Translations under genes and position numbers: made by a program | Shown here: one piece after another, positions 45,614 through 54,168 of the stretch | Layout of the letters: each line of letters opens with the position of its first letter | Numbering within the stretch: position 1 is the stretch's first letter | Notes under the pieces: generated by a model | Seen by the model: the letters and a program-made list of their open reading frames with translations, nothing else | What the model was told of the DNA's origin: nothing | Databases searched by the model: none | Assembly (NCBI GenBank): GCA_052386995.1 | Contig: JBQTJP010000252.1 | Location: 1 to 57,262 of the forward strand | Direction of reading: 5' to 3' | Length of the DNA stretch: 57,262 nt | From: Armatimonadota bacterium | GTDB lineage: Bacteria > Sysuimicrobiota > Sysuimicrobiia > Sysuimicrobiales > Humicultoraceae

Positions 45614-46709
45614 GCGCTCCCACCATCTGGAGAAAGCGGTCGAACAGATGCGCGGAGTCCTGCGGGCCCGGCCGGCCTTCGGGGTGGAACTGCACCGAGA
45701 AAATCGGCAGCGTCTGGTGCCGCATACCCTCCACGGTGCCGTCGTGGAGATTGTGATGGGTCACGTCGAACCCTGTTCCCTCGAGGGACGCCTCGTCCAC
45801 GGCATAGCCGTGATTCTGCGTGGTGATCGCCACCTTGCCGGTCGTCTCGTCGCGAACCGGATGGTTCGATCCATGATGACCGAAGAGCAGCTTGAACGTG
45901 CGCGCGCCCGCGGCGATCGCCAGGATCTGGTGCCCGAGGCAGATTCCCATGATCGGAATTTCCTCCCACAGGCCTCGCACCTCGCCGGCAATCGCCTGAA
46001 GGCGGGCAGGGTCGCCCGGACCGTTTGTAATGACGAGCGCCTCAGCGCCGGTGGCCCGGATAGCCTCGGCGGTCACATCGTGTGGAACCACGGTGACGTC
46101 GCAGCCCCGCGCGCGCAAATTGTTCACGATGCCCTGCTTCACGCCGCAATCCAGCACCGCGACCCGCGGCCCGTCGGAGGGGTAGCGCACAACTTCCGGG
46201 GTTGACACCTCGGCGACGAGATCGACGTCGCCCAGGTCGGGCAGTGCCCGCGCCCTGGCCACGAGGTCGCCGTGGGACTCGTTTTCCGTTGACACGATGC
46301 CGCGCCGCACACCACAGGTGCGCAGGTGCCGGACGAGGCGCCGCGTGTCGATGCCGGCGATCCCTACAATTCCCCACGCGCGAAGGTAGGCATCGAGCCC
46401 GATGGTGCCGGATTCGGAGCTCTCGCCCGGTCGGCCAGACGGACCCTCCTCCGCCGGCGTGCCCCATCGGACGGCAAAGCCTGCCGCCTGAGGGCGCTGC
46501 GACTCGAGCCCGGCGTCGCTGAACCCATAGTTGCCGATCAGGGGATACGCCATCACGACGATCTGCCCGCGATAGGAGGGGTCGCTGAGGACTTCCTGAT
46601 AACCCGTCAGGCTGGTGGTAAACACCACCTCGCCGCCGGTCCACCCCGCCGCGCCGATGCCGTCGCCAACCTGCACAAACCCGTCTTCAAGCGCCAGAAC
46701 CGCCTGCAT
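45597..46709 (-). CDS. carA: carbamoyl-phosphate synthase small subunit
   Basis: GEVVFTTSLTGYQE, GICLGHQ, VQFHPEGRPGP. Start taken at MQAVLALEDG after SD GGAGGG. Confidence 0.96.
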   Translation of the reverse strand: MQAVLALEDGFVQVGDGIGAAGWTGGEVVFTTSLTGYQEVLSDPSYRGQIVVMAYPLIGNYGFSDAGLESQRPQAAGFAVRWGTPAEEGPSGRPGESSESGTIGLDAYLRAWGIVGIAGIDTRRLVRHLRTCGVRRGIVSTENESHGDLVARARALPDLGDVDLVAEVSTPEVVRYPSDGPRVAVLDCGVKQGIVNNLRARGCDVTVVPHDVTAEAIRATGAEALVITNGPGDPARLQAIAGEVRGLWEEIPIMGICLGHQILAIAAGARTFKLLFGHHGSNHPVRDETTGKVAITTQNHGYAVDEASLEGTGFDVTHHNLHDGTVEGMRHQTLPIFSVQFHPEGRPGPQDSAHLFDRFLQMVGARAASD

Positions 46710-46730
46710 CAGCCCCTCCGCCCCGGGATC

Positions 46731-46764
46731 TGTATAATCATACGACATCGTGCATGCCCATGCA
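46731..46764. promoter_or_regulatory. tandem ARG boxes (ArgR operator)
   Basis: TGTAT-AATC-ATACG (46731-46744) and TGCAT-GCCC-ATGCA (46751-46764), with a 20-nt period, just upstream of carA. Confidence 0.7.
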
Positions 46765-46903
46765 AGGCCGCGAGTCGCGGGCGTCCGCGCGCCGGGACGG
46801 AGTTGTTGGAAGGAGTCTCTCGAACGCCGGGATAAGTATCCGTCGTGTCGTGGCGGTACACACGCGTGCGAACTCCCATCGGTAGATCGCTCTCTTCCCC
46901 GGC

Positions 46904-47929
46904 ATGACGCGAAAGCGGATCTTCATTACCGGCGCGAGCGGCTGCGTCGGCCACTACGTCGCCGATACCCTCATGCGGGAAACGGACCACGAGCTGTTCC
47001 TCCTGGCCCGGAATCCGAGCCGCCTCCGCGTGAACACCGGGGCGCGCCCCGGTGTGACCGTGCTGCCTGGGGACATGCGACACATCGGGCAGTTTGCCGA
47101 TCTGCTCAAGACGATGCACGTGGCCGTGCTTGCCGCCGTCGACTGGGGCGGCACCCACGCGTTCTACATCAACGTCGCCAAAACGGTAGAGGTGCTCGAC
47201 CTGCTCGATCCGGCCGTCTGCGAACAGGCCCTGTACTTCTCGACGTCGAGCATCCTGGACAGGAACAATCAGCCGATCGATGAGGCGGGGGAGATCGGGA
47301 CCGACTACATCCGGTCCAAATACGATTTGCTCCGCCGCCTCCCGGACCTGACGATCGCGCCGCGGGTCACGATCCTCTTTCCGACCACCGTGCTCGGGGG
47401 CGATGAGCACAAACCGCGCTCCTTTCTGTCGGACAGTCTGCCGGCGCTGATGAAATGGATCGATCTCGTGCGGTTTTTCAGAGCGGACGCCGGCTTCCAT
47501 TTCATTCATGCCCATGACATCGCGCAAGTCGTCCACTATCTCGTCGAGCATCCGGCGCCCGGTGCCGAACCACGGTCGTTCGTTTTGGGACAGGCGCCGC
47601 TGACGCTGAACGAGGCCCTCGAAGAAATCTGCGCCTACCTGGATAAGAGAATCTACTTTCGCGTCCCCGTGCCCATACCGCTCGCCAGGCTGCTGTTGAT
47701 GCTGGCGCAACGGCGTATCCCATATCGGGATCGCCTCTGGGATCGTTTCTGCCTGGATCATCGCGATTTCCGGCACGCGAATCCCATCAATCCGGCGAGC
47801 TTTGGGCTGCCGAGTCTATGCGCCACCTTGACAGACGTGTTGCAGGTCGCCGGGATCCCCCGGGGAGCCGGGTCCTCACCTGTGCGCGGCATCCCGCAGG
47901 CCGATGGCTCCGAAGATCGCCCTCGTTGA
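46904..47929 (+). CDS. NAD-dependent epimerase/dehydratase family protein
   Basis: IFITGASGCVGHY, YIRSK (YxxxK), FHFIHAHDIA. Confidence 0.88.
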   Translation: MTRKRIFITGASGCVGHYVADTLMRETDHELFLLARNPSRLRVNTGARPGVTVLPGDMRHIGQFADLLKTMHVAVLAAVDWGGTHAFYINVAKTVEVLDLLDPAVCEQALYFSTSSILDRNNQPIDEAGEIGTDYIRSKYDLLRRLPDLTIAPRVTILFPTTVLGGDEHKPRSFLSDSLPALMKWIDLVRFFRADAGFHFIHAHDIAQVVHYLVEHPAPGAEPRSFVLGQAPLTLNEALEEICAYLDKRIYFRVPVPIPLARLLLMLAQRRIPYRDRLWDRFCLDHRDFRHANPINPASFGLPSLCATLTDVLQVAGIPRGAGSSPVRGIPQADGSEDRPR

Positions 47930-48716
47930 TGTGACCAAGACCTACCAGGTGGGCCGCCGGCCGGTCACGGCGCTGCGCGGTGTGACCCTCGATGTGGCGG
48001 ATGGCGAGTTCCTGTGCATCGTTGGCCCCTCGGGATGTGGGAAATCGACGCTGCTGCGTGTTGTGGCGGGCCTCATTCAGCCGACATCGGGACGCGTCAC
48101 GATTACCCGCAGCGATCGCGGCAAGCCCTTGCACAGCCTGGTCTTTCAAGAGTATGCGATCTTCCCGTGGAAGACGGTCTTCCACAACGTCGCCTTCGGG
48201 CTGGAGATGCGCGGCGTTCCTGCCGCGGAGCGCGCGCCGGCCGTGCAGCGGTGGATCGAGCGAGTCGGTCTCCGTGACTTCGCCCACGCCTATCCGCGCC
48301 AGCTGTCCGGCGGCATGCGGCAGCGCGTCGCGATCGCGCGCGCGTTCGCGAACGACCCGGAGGTGCTGCTCATGGACGAACCTCTCGGGGCGCTGGACGC
48401 GCAAACACGCATGATCCTGATGGACGAACTCCTGGGTTTGTGGCAGTCGGACCGCAAGACCGTCGTGTACATCACCCACGACATCGAAGAGGCGCTCCTG
48501 CTGGGCGATAGGGTCGTGCTGATGACCGCACGTCCGGGGATGCTCAAGGCAATCTATGATGTGCCCTTCACACGGCCCCGGGGGATCGAGCTCGTGGGCA
48601 CCCCCGAGTTCGCCAGCCTTGCCTATCGGATTTGGGAGGCGCTGCGCGAAGAAGCAATTGCGGCGATGGGATCGAGTATGGCCCGCGGCGCGCGGGCGCC
48701 GGGAGTCCCGGCGTGA
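47904..48716 (+). CDS. ABC ATP-binding protein (NitT/TauT family)
   Basis: [28 protein letters not shown]. Confidence 0.94.
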   Translation: MAPKIALVDVTKTYQVGRRPVTALRGVTLDVADGEFLCIVGPSGCGKSTLLRVVAGLIQPTSGRVTITRSDRGKPLHSLVFQEYAIFPWKTVFHNVAFGLEMRGVPAAERAPAVQRWIERVGLRDFAHAYPRQLSGGMRQRVAIARAFANDPEVLLMDEPLGALDAQTRMILMDELLGLWQSDRKTVVYITHDIEEALLLGDRVVLMTARPGMLKAIYDVPFTRPRGIELVGTPEFASLAYRIWEALREEAIAAMGSSMARGARAPGVPA

Positions 48717-49504
48717 CCGGCCAGGAGCGTGATCGCCTGCTGGCCGTCGGCGCGCCCATCGCCCTGATCGCGCTCTGGGAGACCGCCGTTCGTGCGGGCC
48801 TGCTCGACGCGCGTTTCTTCCCGCCGCCCTCGCTGGTGGTGGTGACGTTGATCCGTTTGCTCGCCGACGGCACGCTCATCGGGCACACGGCCGTCAGTGT
48901 CGGAAGAGTTCTGGCGGGGTTTGCGATTGGGACGACCGTTGGGCTGGCCTCGGGGCTGATGCTCGGCACCGTCCGGACGCTGCGCGTGGCGCTGGAGCCG
49001 GTGATCTCCGCACTGTACGTCCTGCCGAAGGTGGCGATTCTGCCGCTGGTGATGCTGATCTTCGGCCTGGGGGAGCAATCGAAGATCGCGATCGTCGCCA
49101 TCGCCACGTTCTTCATCGTCGTGATCAACACGACGGCCGCGGTGGTGGGCGTCGAACCGATCTACCTGGAGGCCGGCCGCGCGTTCGGCGCGCACCGCGC
49201 GCAGATGTTCGGGCACATCATTCTGCCGGCCGCGCTGCCCGCGATCTTCACCGGACTGCGTCTGGCCCTGGGCACCGCGTTGATCGTCATCATCGCCGCC
49301 GAGTTCGTGGCCACACAGCAGGGGATTGGGTACTTCATCTGGCTGGCCTGGAATACACTTCGTCCCGAAGCGATGTTCGCCGGATTCATCGTCATCGGCA
49401 CGCTGGGCGCCCTGTCGTACGGGGCCGTGCAGCGGATTGGCCGGGCGCTGACGCCCTGGATGGAGCATGACTCGCCCGGTGAGGGGAGGATCGACCATGC
49501 GTAG
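48713..49504 (+). CDS. ABC permease (NitT/TauT family)
   Basis: FFPPPS, LPKVAILPL, LPAALPAIFTGLRL. GTGA overlap. Confidence 0.93.
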   Translation: MTGQERDRLLAVGAPIALIALWETAVRAGLLDARFFPPPSLVVVTLIRLLADGTLIGHTAVSVGRVLAGFAIGTTVGLASGLMLGTVRTLRVALEPVISALYVLPKVAILPLVMLIFGLGEQSKIAIVAIATFFIVVINTTAAVVGVEPIYLEAGRAFGAHRAQMFGHIILPAALPAIFTGLRLALGTALIVIIAAEFVATQQGIGYFIWLAWNTLRPEAMFAGFIVIGTLGALSYGAVQRIGRALTPWMEHDSPGEGRIDHA

Positions 49505-50522
49505 ATCACGCTTGACCACCGCCCTGTGCGTGGCGGTTGGGCTCCTGGTAGTGGCCGGTGCGCCGGGAGGATACACGCGTGCGGGTCCCGCGGCGGCGAC
49601 CGAGCGCGTTGTGGTCGCGCACGTGCCGCTGATCAATTTCGCCACGCTCTACGTGGCGATCGAGCGCGGCTACATGCGCGAGCAGGGTATCGAGATCGAC
49701 CTGCAGCGCGTGGCGTCGGGCACGGAGGCGCTGGCGTTCCTCGCGCAGGACCGTCTGGACGTCGGCGCGATCGGCCTGGCCGCCGCGATCTTCAATGCGT
49801 TCAACCGGAAACTCGACCTCAGGATCGTCGCCTCCACGTCGACGTGGGGGCAGCGGCACGGCACACGGATCCTCACGCGCGTGGACCTCTTCGATTCCGG
49901 TGAGGTGCGCTCGGTACGCGAGCTCAAGAGGCGGCGCGTGGCCATCGCCGGTGGCCCGGGCTCTGCGGGCCACTATCTCTTCCTACTCGGGGCGCGGCGA
50001 GGCGGCATCGGGCCGCGCGATTTTGAATTGATCAACCTGCCCAACCCCGAGCACGGTCCCGCTTTGCGCGCCGGCCGGATTGACGGCTCCCTGACGGGGT
50101 CGCCGTTCGCATCGGCGGCGCTGGCGCAGTTCATGGCCAGGTCGCTGTTGGAAAACTTCGCGCCGGGCACGGCGACGACGGTCTTTGTCTATTCCGGCGG
50201 CTTCATGAAAAACCGGCCGGAGGTCGCGACGCGGTTCTTGATGGCGCTGATCCAGGCCGCGCGGGCGATGCAAGGCCAAAAGTACCTCGACGCCGACAAC
50301 GTGGCAGCCTACAAGAAGTACACCGGGGTGCGCGACGAGGTGCTGCAGGCCGAGCCGCCGCTGCTCTACGATCCCAACATGGGAATTGTCACGGGCACGC
50401 TCGCGGATATGGAGAAGACGTTCCGCGACGCGGGGATGGCCGACTCCCCCACGGCCATTCCCCTCGAAGCCATGGTCGAGCGGCGGTTCCAACAGGAGGC
50501 GGTGAAGCGGCTGGGGCGCTAG
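49497..50522 (+). CDS. ABC substrate-binding protein (NitT/TauT/SsuA-like)
   Basis: Signal peptide, LYVAIERGYMREQGIEI, position in the operon. Confidence 0.88.
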   Translation: MRRSRLTTALCVAVGLLVVAGAPGGYTRAGPAAATERVVVAHVPLINFATLYVAIERGYMREQGIEIDLQRVASGTEALAFLAQDRLDVGAIGLAAAIFNAFNRKLDLRIVASTSTWGQRHGTRILTRVDLFDSGEVRSVRELKRRRVAIAGGPGSAGHYLFLLGARRGGIGPRDFELINLPNPEHGPALRAGRIDGSLTGSPFASAALAQFMARSLLENFAPGTATTVFVYSGGFMKNRPEVATRFLMALIQAARAMQGQKYLDADNVAAYKKYTGVRDEVLQAEPPLLYDPNMGIVTGTLADMEKTFRDAGMADSPTAIPLEAMVERRFQQEAVKRLGR

Positions 50523-50890
50523 CGCCGCATGCCGGCCAGCGCGAGGCCGACAACGCGGACCAGGCGTTGCCGCACGGGATCAGGCGCGAGGCCGCATTCC
50601 TCGAGGGCGACCGCGCCCAGGAGCGGCATCGAGTCGGGATCGCCAAAGATGCAGGTGGTCGCGACCGTCACGCCTTCGGCGGTGATAAGCACCAAGCCCG
50701 ACTCGCGCTCGACAACCTGGCCATTTGCCATCTGCAGTCGCCTGCGGTCAGCGGCGGGGATGCCAAGCCGGTCAAGGATCGGCCGCGGGACCCATGTCCA
50801 GGTGGCCCCAGTGTCTACCAGTGCCTCAATGGTCTCAAAAGCCGACCCATCGAGCCGGCCAACCCGAATCGGGTAGTAAAACGTTCCCAT
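50519..50890 (-). CDS. clan AA (retropepsin-like) aspartyl protease (alternative GTG start at 50917)
   Basis: ALVDTGATWT, LQMANG, PLLGAVALE..LAPDPVRQRL. Confidence 0.88.
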   Translation of the reverse strand: MGTFYYPIRVGRLDGSAFETIEALVDTGATWTWVPRPILDRLGIPAADRRRLQMANGQVVERESGLVLITAEGVTVATTCIFGDPDSMPLLGAVALEECGLAPDPVRQRLVRVVGLALAGMRR

Positions 50891-50993
50891 TCGCGCGCCG
50901 CCACACTGCCGTTCCACGAGAGTATCTTACACCCTGTCTATCGGCCGGAGTAGCATAGACGTACAGTGCTCAACCGGAAGGGAGGCGCGCGTC

Positions 50994-51581
50994 ATGCGAT
51001 CGGACATTACGGTGGGCGCCACGTTCCCCGACTATGAACTGACCGACCACACGGGGACCCGCCGAAAGCTCTCAGACCTGCAGGGCAATGACCCGATGAT
51101 CCTGATCCTCTCGCGTGGGCACTTCTGCCCCAAAGACCACCGCCAGCTGCAGAACTACGTTGCGTTTTATCCTGAGCTCAAGGTCGGCTACACACGGATC
51201 GTGACGATCACGACCGATGCAATCCTCGTCCTCAACGAGATGCGCGACAAGCTGGGCGCGCAGTGGCCCTTCCTTGCGGATCCTGCCCGGAAAGTGCAGA
51301 AAGATCTGGAGATCCAGGAGTACACGGACACGCACAATGACCCGATGATTCCCCATACGTTTGTGTTGGAGCCAGGGTTGAAGATCTTCAAGATCTATAA
51401 CGGCTACTGGTACTGGGGACGGCCGTCGCCCGAGGATCTTCGGCGCGACCTCCGCGAGATGTATCAGATGATCCGGCCGGACTGGGACATCTCCGCGCCC
51501 GAAATGCGCGGGGCATGGGAGCGGAGTGAGAAGGACCGGTTCTTTCCGTACGGCAAGACCCGGAAATCCACTGCGACGTAG
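50994..51581 (+). CDS. redoxin / AhpC-TSA family protein
   Basis: GATFPDYELTDHTG, RGHFCPKD, WPFLADP. SD GGGAGG. Confidence 0.85.
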   Translation: MRSDITVGATFPDYELTDHTGTRRKLSDLQGNDPMILILSRGHFCPKDHRQLQNYVAFYPELKVGYTRIVTITTDAILVLNEMRDKLGAQWPFLADPARKVQKDLEIQEYTDTHNDPMIPHTFVLEPGLKIFKIYNGYWYWGRPSPEDLRRDLREMYQMIRPDWDISAPEMRGAWERSEKDRFFPYGKTRKSTAT

Positions 51582-51805
51582 TCAGCGGGCAGCTAACCCC
51601 TTTGCTTGGACGCCGACCACTATCGTCGCTTTATGCCCGGAACAACGGAGGCATGGGGCGGGAGGTCTCGGCGTTTGCGCCGCCGGGCGGGTAGAACGGC
51701 GCTAGATACCAGCACCATCAGTTGGAGGAATAGGAATGCCCGCAGGGTCCGTTTCGTAGGGTAATCCATCGCAGTGATCATAAAGCCAACTTCGAGGTGA
51801 GGAAA

Positions 51806-52315
51806 ATGGACATGGCGCTCTTCATTCTTCGCATAGTCGTCGGCCTTCTGGTCGCAGGACACGGCGCCCAGAAACTCTTCGGCTGGTTCAAAGGGCCGGG
51901 GATGCAGGGATTCACCGGCTGGGTCGCCTCCATTGGCTTTCGCCCGGCGCATGTCTGGGCGTGGCTCGGCGCTCTAGCCGAGTTCGGCGGAGGACTGCTG
52001 TTCGTGCTCGGTCTCTTCAGCCCGCTGGGTTCCCTGGGGATTGCCGCGTCGATGCTGACCGCGATCGCGAAGGCTCACTGGCCGAAAATCTGGAATACAG
52101 AGAACGGCCTTGAATTCCCGCTAACAAATCTGGCCATCGCAGTCGCCGTTGGCATTGCCGGCCCAGGGGCGATCTCGCTCGACGCCATGTCGGGTACGCA
52201 GCTGCCGGGCTGGCTTGCGACGCTCGGCGTGATCGTGGTGCTGGCCGGCTGGATCGTCGGGCTCGTGATTTCGGGCGCGCGTCCGCAGCAAAGCACAACC
52301 GCGAGCACACGCTGA
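51806..52315 (+). CDS. DoxX family membrane protein
   Basis: LRIVVGLLVAGHGAQKLFGWF, AEFGGGLL, GLEFPL, GPGAISLD. Confidence 0.92.
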   Translation: MDMALFILRIVVGLLVAGHGAQKLFGWFKGPGMQGFTGWVASIGFRPAHVWAWLGALAEFGGGLLFVLGLFSPLGSLGIAASMLTAIAKAHWPKIWNTENGLEFPLTNLAIAVAVGIAGPGAISLDAMSGTQLPGWLATLGVIVVLAGWIVGLVISGARPQQSTTASTR

Positions 52316-52349
52316 ACCACGACCGCCGCGCCGACCGCGAGGGAGTTGG

Positions 52350-52379
52350 TTGACAGCAGCGGCCACATCATGCTATAAG
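52350..52379 (+). promoter_or_regulatory. sigma70 promoter TTGACA-N18-TATAAG (with extended TG) for amtB-glnK-gltB
   Basis: TTGACA at 52350-52355 and TG-C-TATAAG at 52371-52379. Confidence 0.75.
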
Positions 52380-52402
52380 AATCCAAACTGAACATCGGAT
52401 TC

Positions 52403-52475
52403 GGGCCAGGAAGCCCCCATCGTGGGGGCTTTTGGCGTTTATGGGGCCGGGACGCCTCGTTATTGGGGCGTCCCG
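52403..52475 (+). promoter_or_regulatory. structured 5' leader with two hexaloop hairpins, each overlapping a larger terminator-like hairpin
   Basis: GGGC-CAGGAA-GCCC overlaps AAGCCCCCA-TCG-TGGGGGCTT-TT. GGGGC-CGGGAC-GCCTC overlaps CGGGACGCCTC-GTTATT-GGGGCGTCCCG. Confidence 0.6.
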
Positions 52476-52519
52476 CCTGCGTTGCGCACCATATTCGTAC
52501 CGCGAGGGGAGTGATCGCA

Positions 52520-53821
52520 ATGCCTTCGACGCCGGCAATCGTCGGTGCGGACACCGCGTGGATGCTCGTCGCCACCGCTCTGGTGCTCCTCATGACCCCG
52601 GCGCTGGGATTCTTCTACGGCGGGCTCGTGCGGGCAAAAAATGCGCTCAACACCCTAATGATGAGCTTTGCCGCGCTGGGCTTCGTCGGGATCGGCTGGG
52701 CGCTGTTTGGATACTCTCTGGCGTTCGGTCCCGGGACGCCCTGGCTGGGCGATCTATCGCGCGTTTTGCTGAAAGGAGTTGGGCTCGAACCACAAGGGAC
52801 GATTCCCCACCTGCTGTTCATGGCCTACCAGGGAACATTTGCGATCATCACCGCAGCCTTGATCTCAGGAGCCATCGTCGAACGGATGCAGTTCAAAGCG
52901 TACCTGACGTTCCTTACCCTGTGGGGGATTGTCGTCTATGCGCCCATCGCGCACTGGGTCTGGGGAGGCGGATGGCTCGCGAAGCTTGGGGCGCTGGACT
53001 TCGCGGGCGGGACGGTCGTGCACATCAACGCCGGCGTCGCCGCGGTGGTCGCGGCGCTCGCGCTCGGCACGCGCAAAGACTATGCGCGGCGGGCGATTCT
53101 GCCCCACAACGTCCCCTTCACTCTGCTGGGGGCAGGGATGCTGTGGTTCGGCTGGTTTGGCTTCAATGGCGGGAGCGCGCTCGCGGCCAACGGGATCGCC
53201 GCCCTCGCGTTCACCAACACCATGCTGGCGCCGGCCGCGACGTTGGTAGTCTGGACGCTTGTGGATTACATCCGCACCCGTAAAGCCACGGCCGTCGGCG
53301 CTGCGACCGCGATCGTCGTAGGATTGGTCGCTGTGACCCCGGCCGCTGGATTCGTGAGCCCGATCGCCGCGATCGTGTTAGGGGCGGTGGCCGCGTTTCC
53401 GAGTTATTTCGCAATCCAGTGGCGCGCGCGTACGCGGCTCGATGATTCCCTGGATGTGCTCGCGGCGCACGGAGTCGGCGGCACGGTCGGCGCGATCCTG
53501 ACGGGCATCCTGGCGCAGAAGGCGTGGAACGGCTCATCCGATGGGCTCCTGTTCGGGAACCCGGCGCAGGCCGGCCTCCAGGTCCTGGCTGTTCTCGCCG
53601 CGATCGCGTACAGCGCCGGCGGCACATTGGTCCTGCTCAAGATCGTCGGCCTCTTCATGCCGCTCCGGGTCACCGAGCCCGATGCCGAAGGGCTGGGGCT
53701 GGATGTCAGCCAGCACGGCGAAGAAGCATACACGACCGGAGAAGGCGCCATCCTCGTGCTCTCCGATCCGGCTCCGGCGTCATCGACGCCGACCCTCGAG
53801 CCGACGGCGGATCGGGCATGA
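52520..53821 (+). CDS. amtB: ammonium transporter
   Basis: DTAWMLVATALVLLMTP, LDFAGGTVVH, WFGWFGFNGGS, DDSLDV..HG. Confidence 0.97.
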   Translation: MPSTPAIVGADTAWMLVATALVLLMTPALGFFYGGLVRAKNALNTLMMSFAALGFVGIGWALFGYSLAFGPGTPWLGDLSRVLLKGVGLEPQGTIPHLLFMAYQGTFAIITAALISGAIVERMQFKAYLTFLTLWGIVVYAPIAHWVWGGGWLAKLGALDFAGGTVVHINAGVAAVVAALALGTRKDYARRAILPHNVPFTLLGAGMLWFGWFGFNGGSALAANGIAALAFTNTMLAPAATLVVWTLVDYIRTRKATAVGAATAIVVGLVAVTPAAGFVSPIAAIVLGAVAAFPSYFAIQWRARTRLDDSLDVLAAHGVGGTVGAILTGILAQKAWNGSSDGLLFGNPAQAGLQVLAVLAAIAYSAGGTLVLLKIVGLFMPLRVTEPDAEGLGLDVSQHGEEAYTTGEGAILVLSDPAPASSTPTLEPTADRA

Positions 53822-54168
53822 AGCTCGTCGTTGCGATCGTCAGGCCGAAGAAGCTCGGTGATGTGCTCGAGTCGCTGTTCCGGGCCGAGGTGCGCGGCCT
53901 GACGATCAATCGCGTCCAGGGACACGGCGGCGAGACCGAGCGGGTCGAAACGTATCGCGGCGCGACGGTCAAGATGGAACTCTCGGAGAAAGTGCGCCTG
54001 GATATCGGGGTGTCCGATCATTTTGTCGAGCCGACGGTGCGGGCACTCCTGGGCGCCGCTCGGACAGGGGAGGTCGGCGACGGCAAGATCTTCGTCTTGC
54101 CCGTCGAGAAAGTCTATCGCATCCGCACCGGGGAGAGGGACGAAGCCGCCGTGACACCGGTGGGGTGA
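53818..54168 (+). CDS. glnK: P-II nitrogen regulatory protein
   Basis: MKLVVAIVRP, TGEVGDGKIFVLPVE..RIRTGE. ATGA overlap with amtB. Confidence 0.93.
   Translation: MKLVVAIVRPKKLGDVLESLFRAEVRGLTINRVQGHGGETERVETYRGATVKMELSEKVRLDIGVSDHFVEPTVRALLGAARTGEVGDGKIFVLPVEKVYRIRTGERDEAAVTPVG

Noticed and set aside
51582..51805. Tiny SD-preceded ORFs (MGREVSAFAPPGG, MPAGSVS) upstream of doxX
   Set aside because: They are too short and show no leader-peptide bias or attenuator structure.
52380..52519. glnA (glutamine) riboswitch in the amtB leader
   Set aside because: The conserved glnA-motif segments (CGTTCA...GGAAGTA...GAAGGAACG) are not present.
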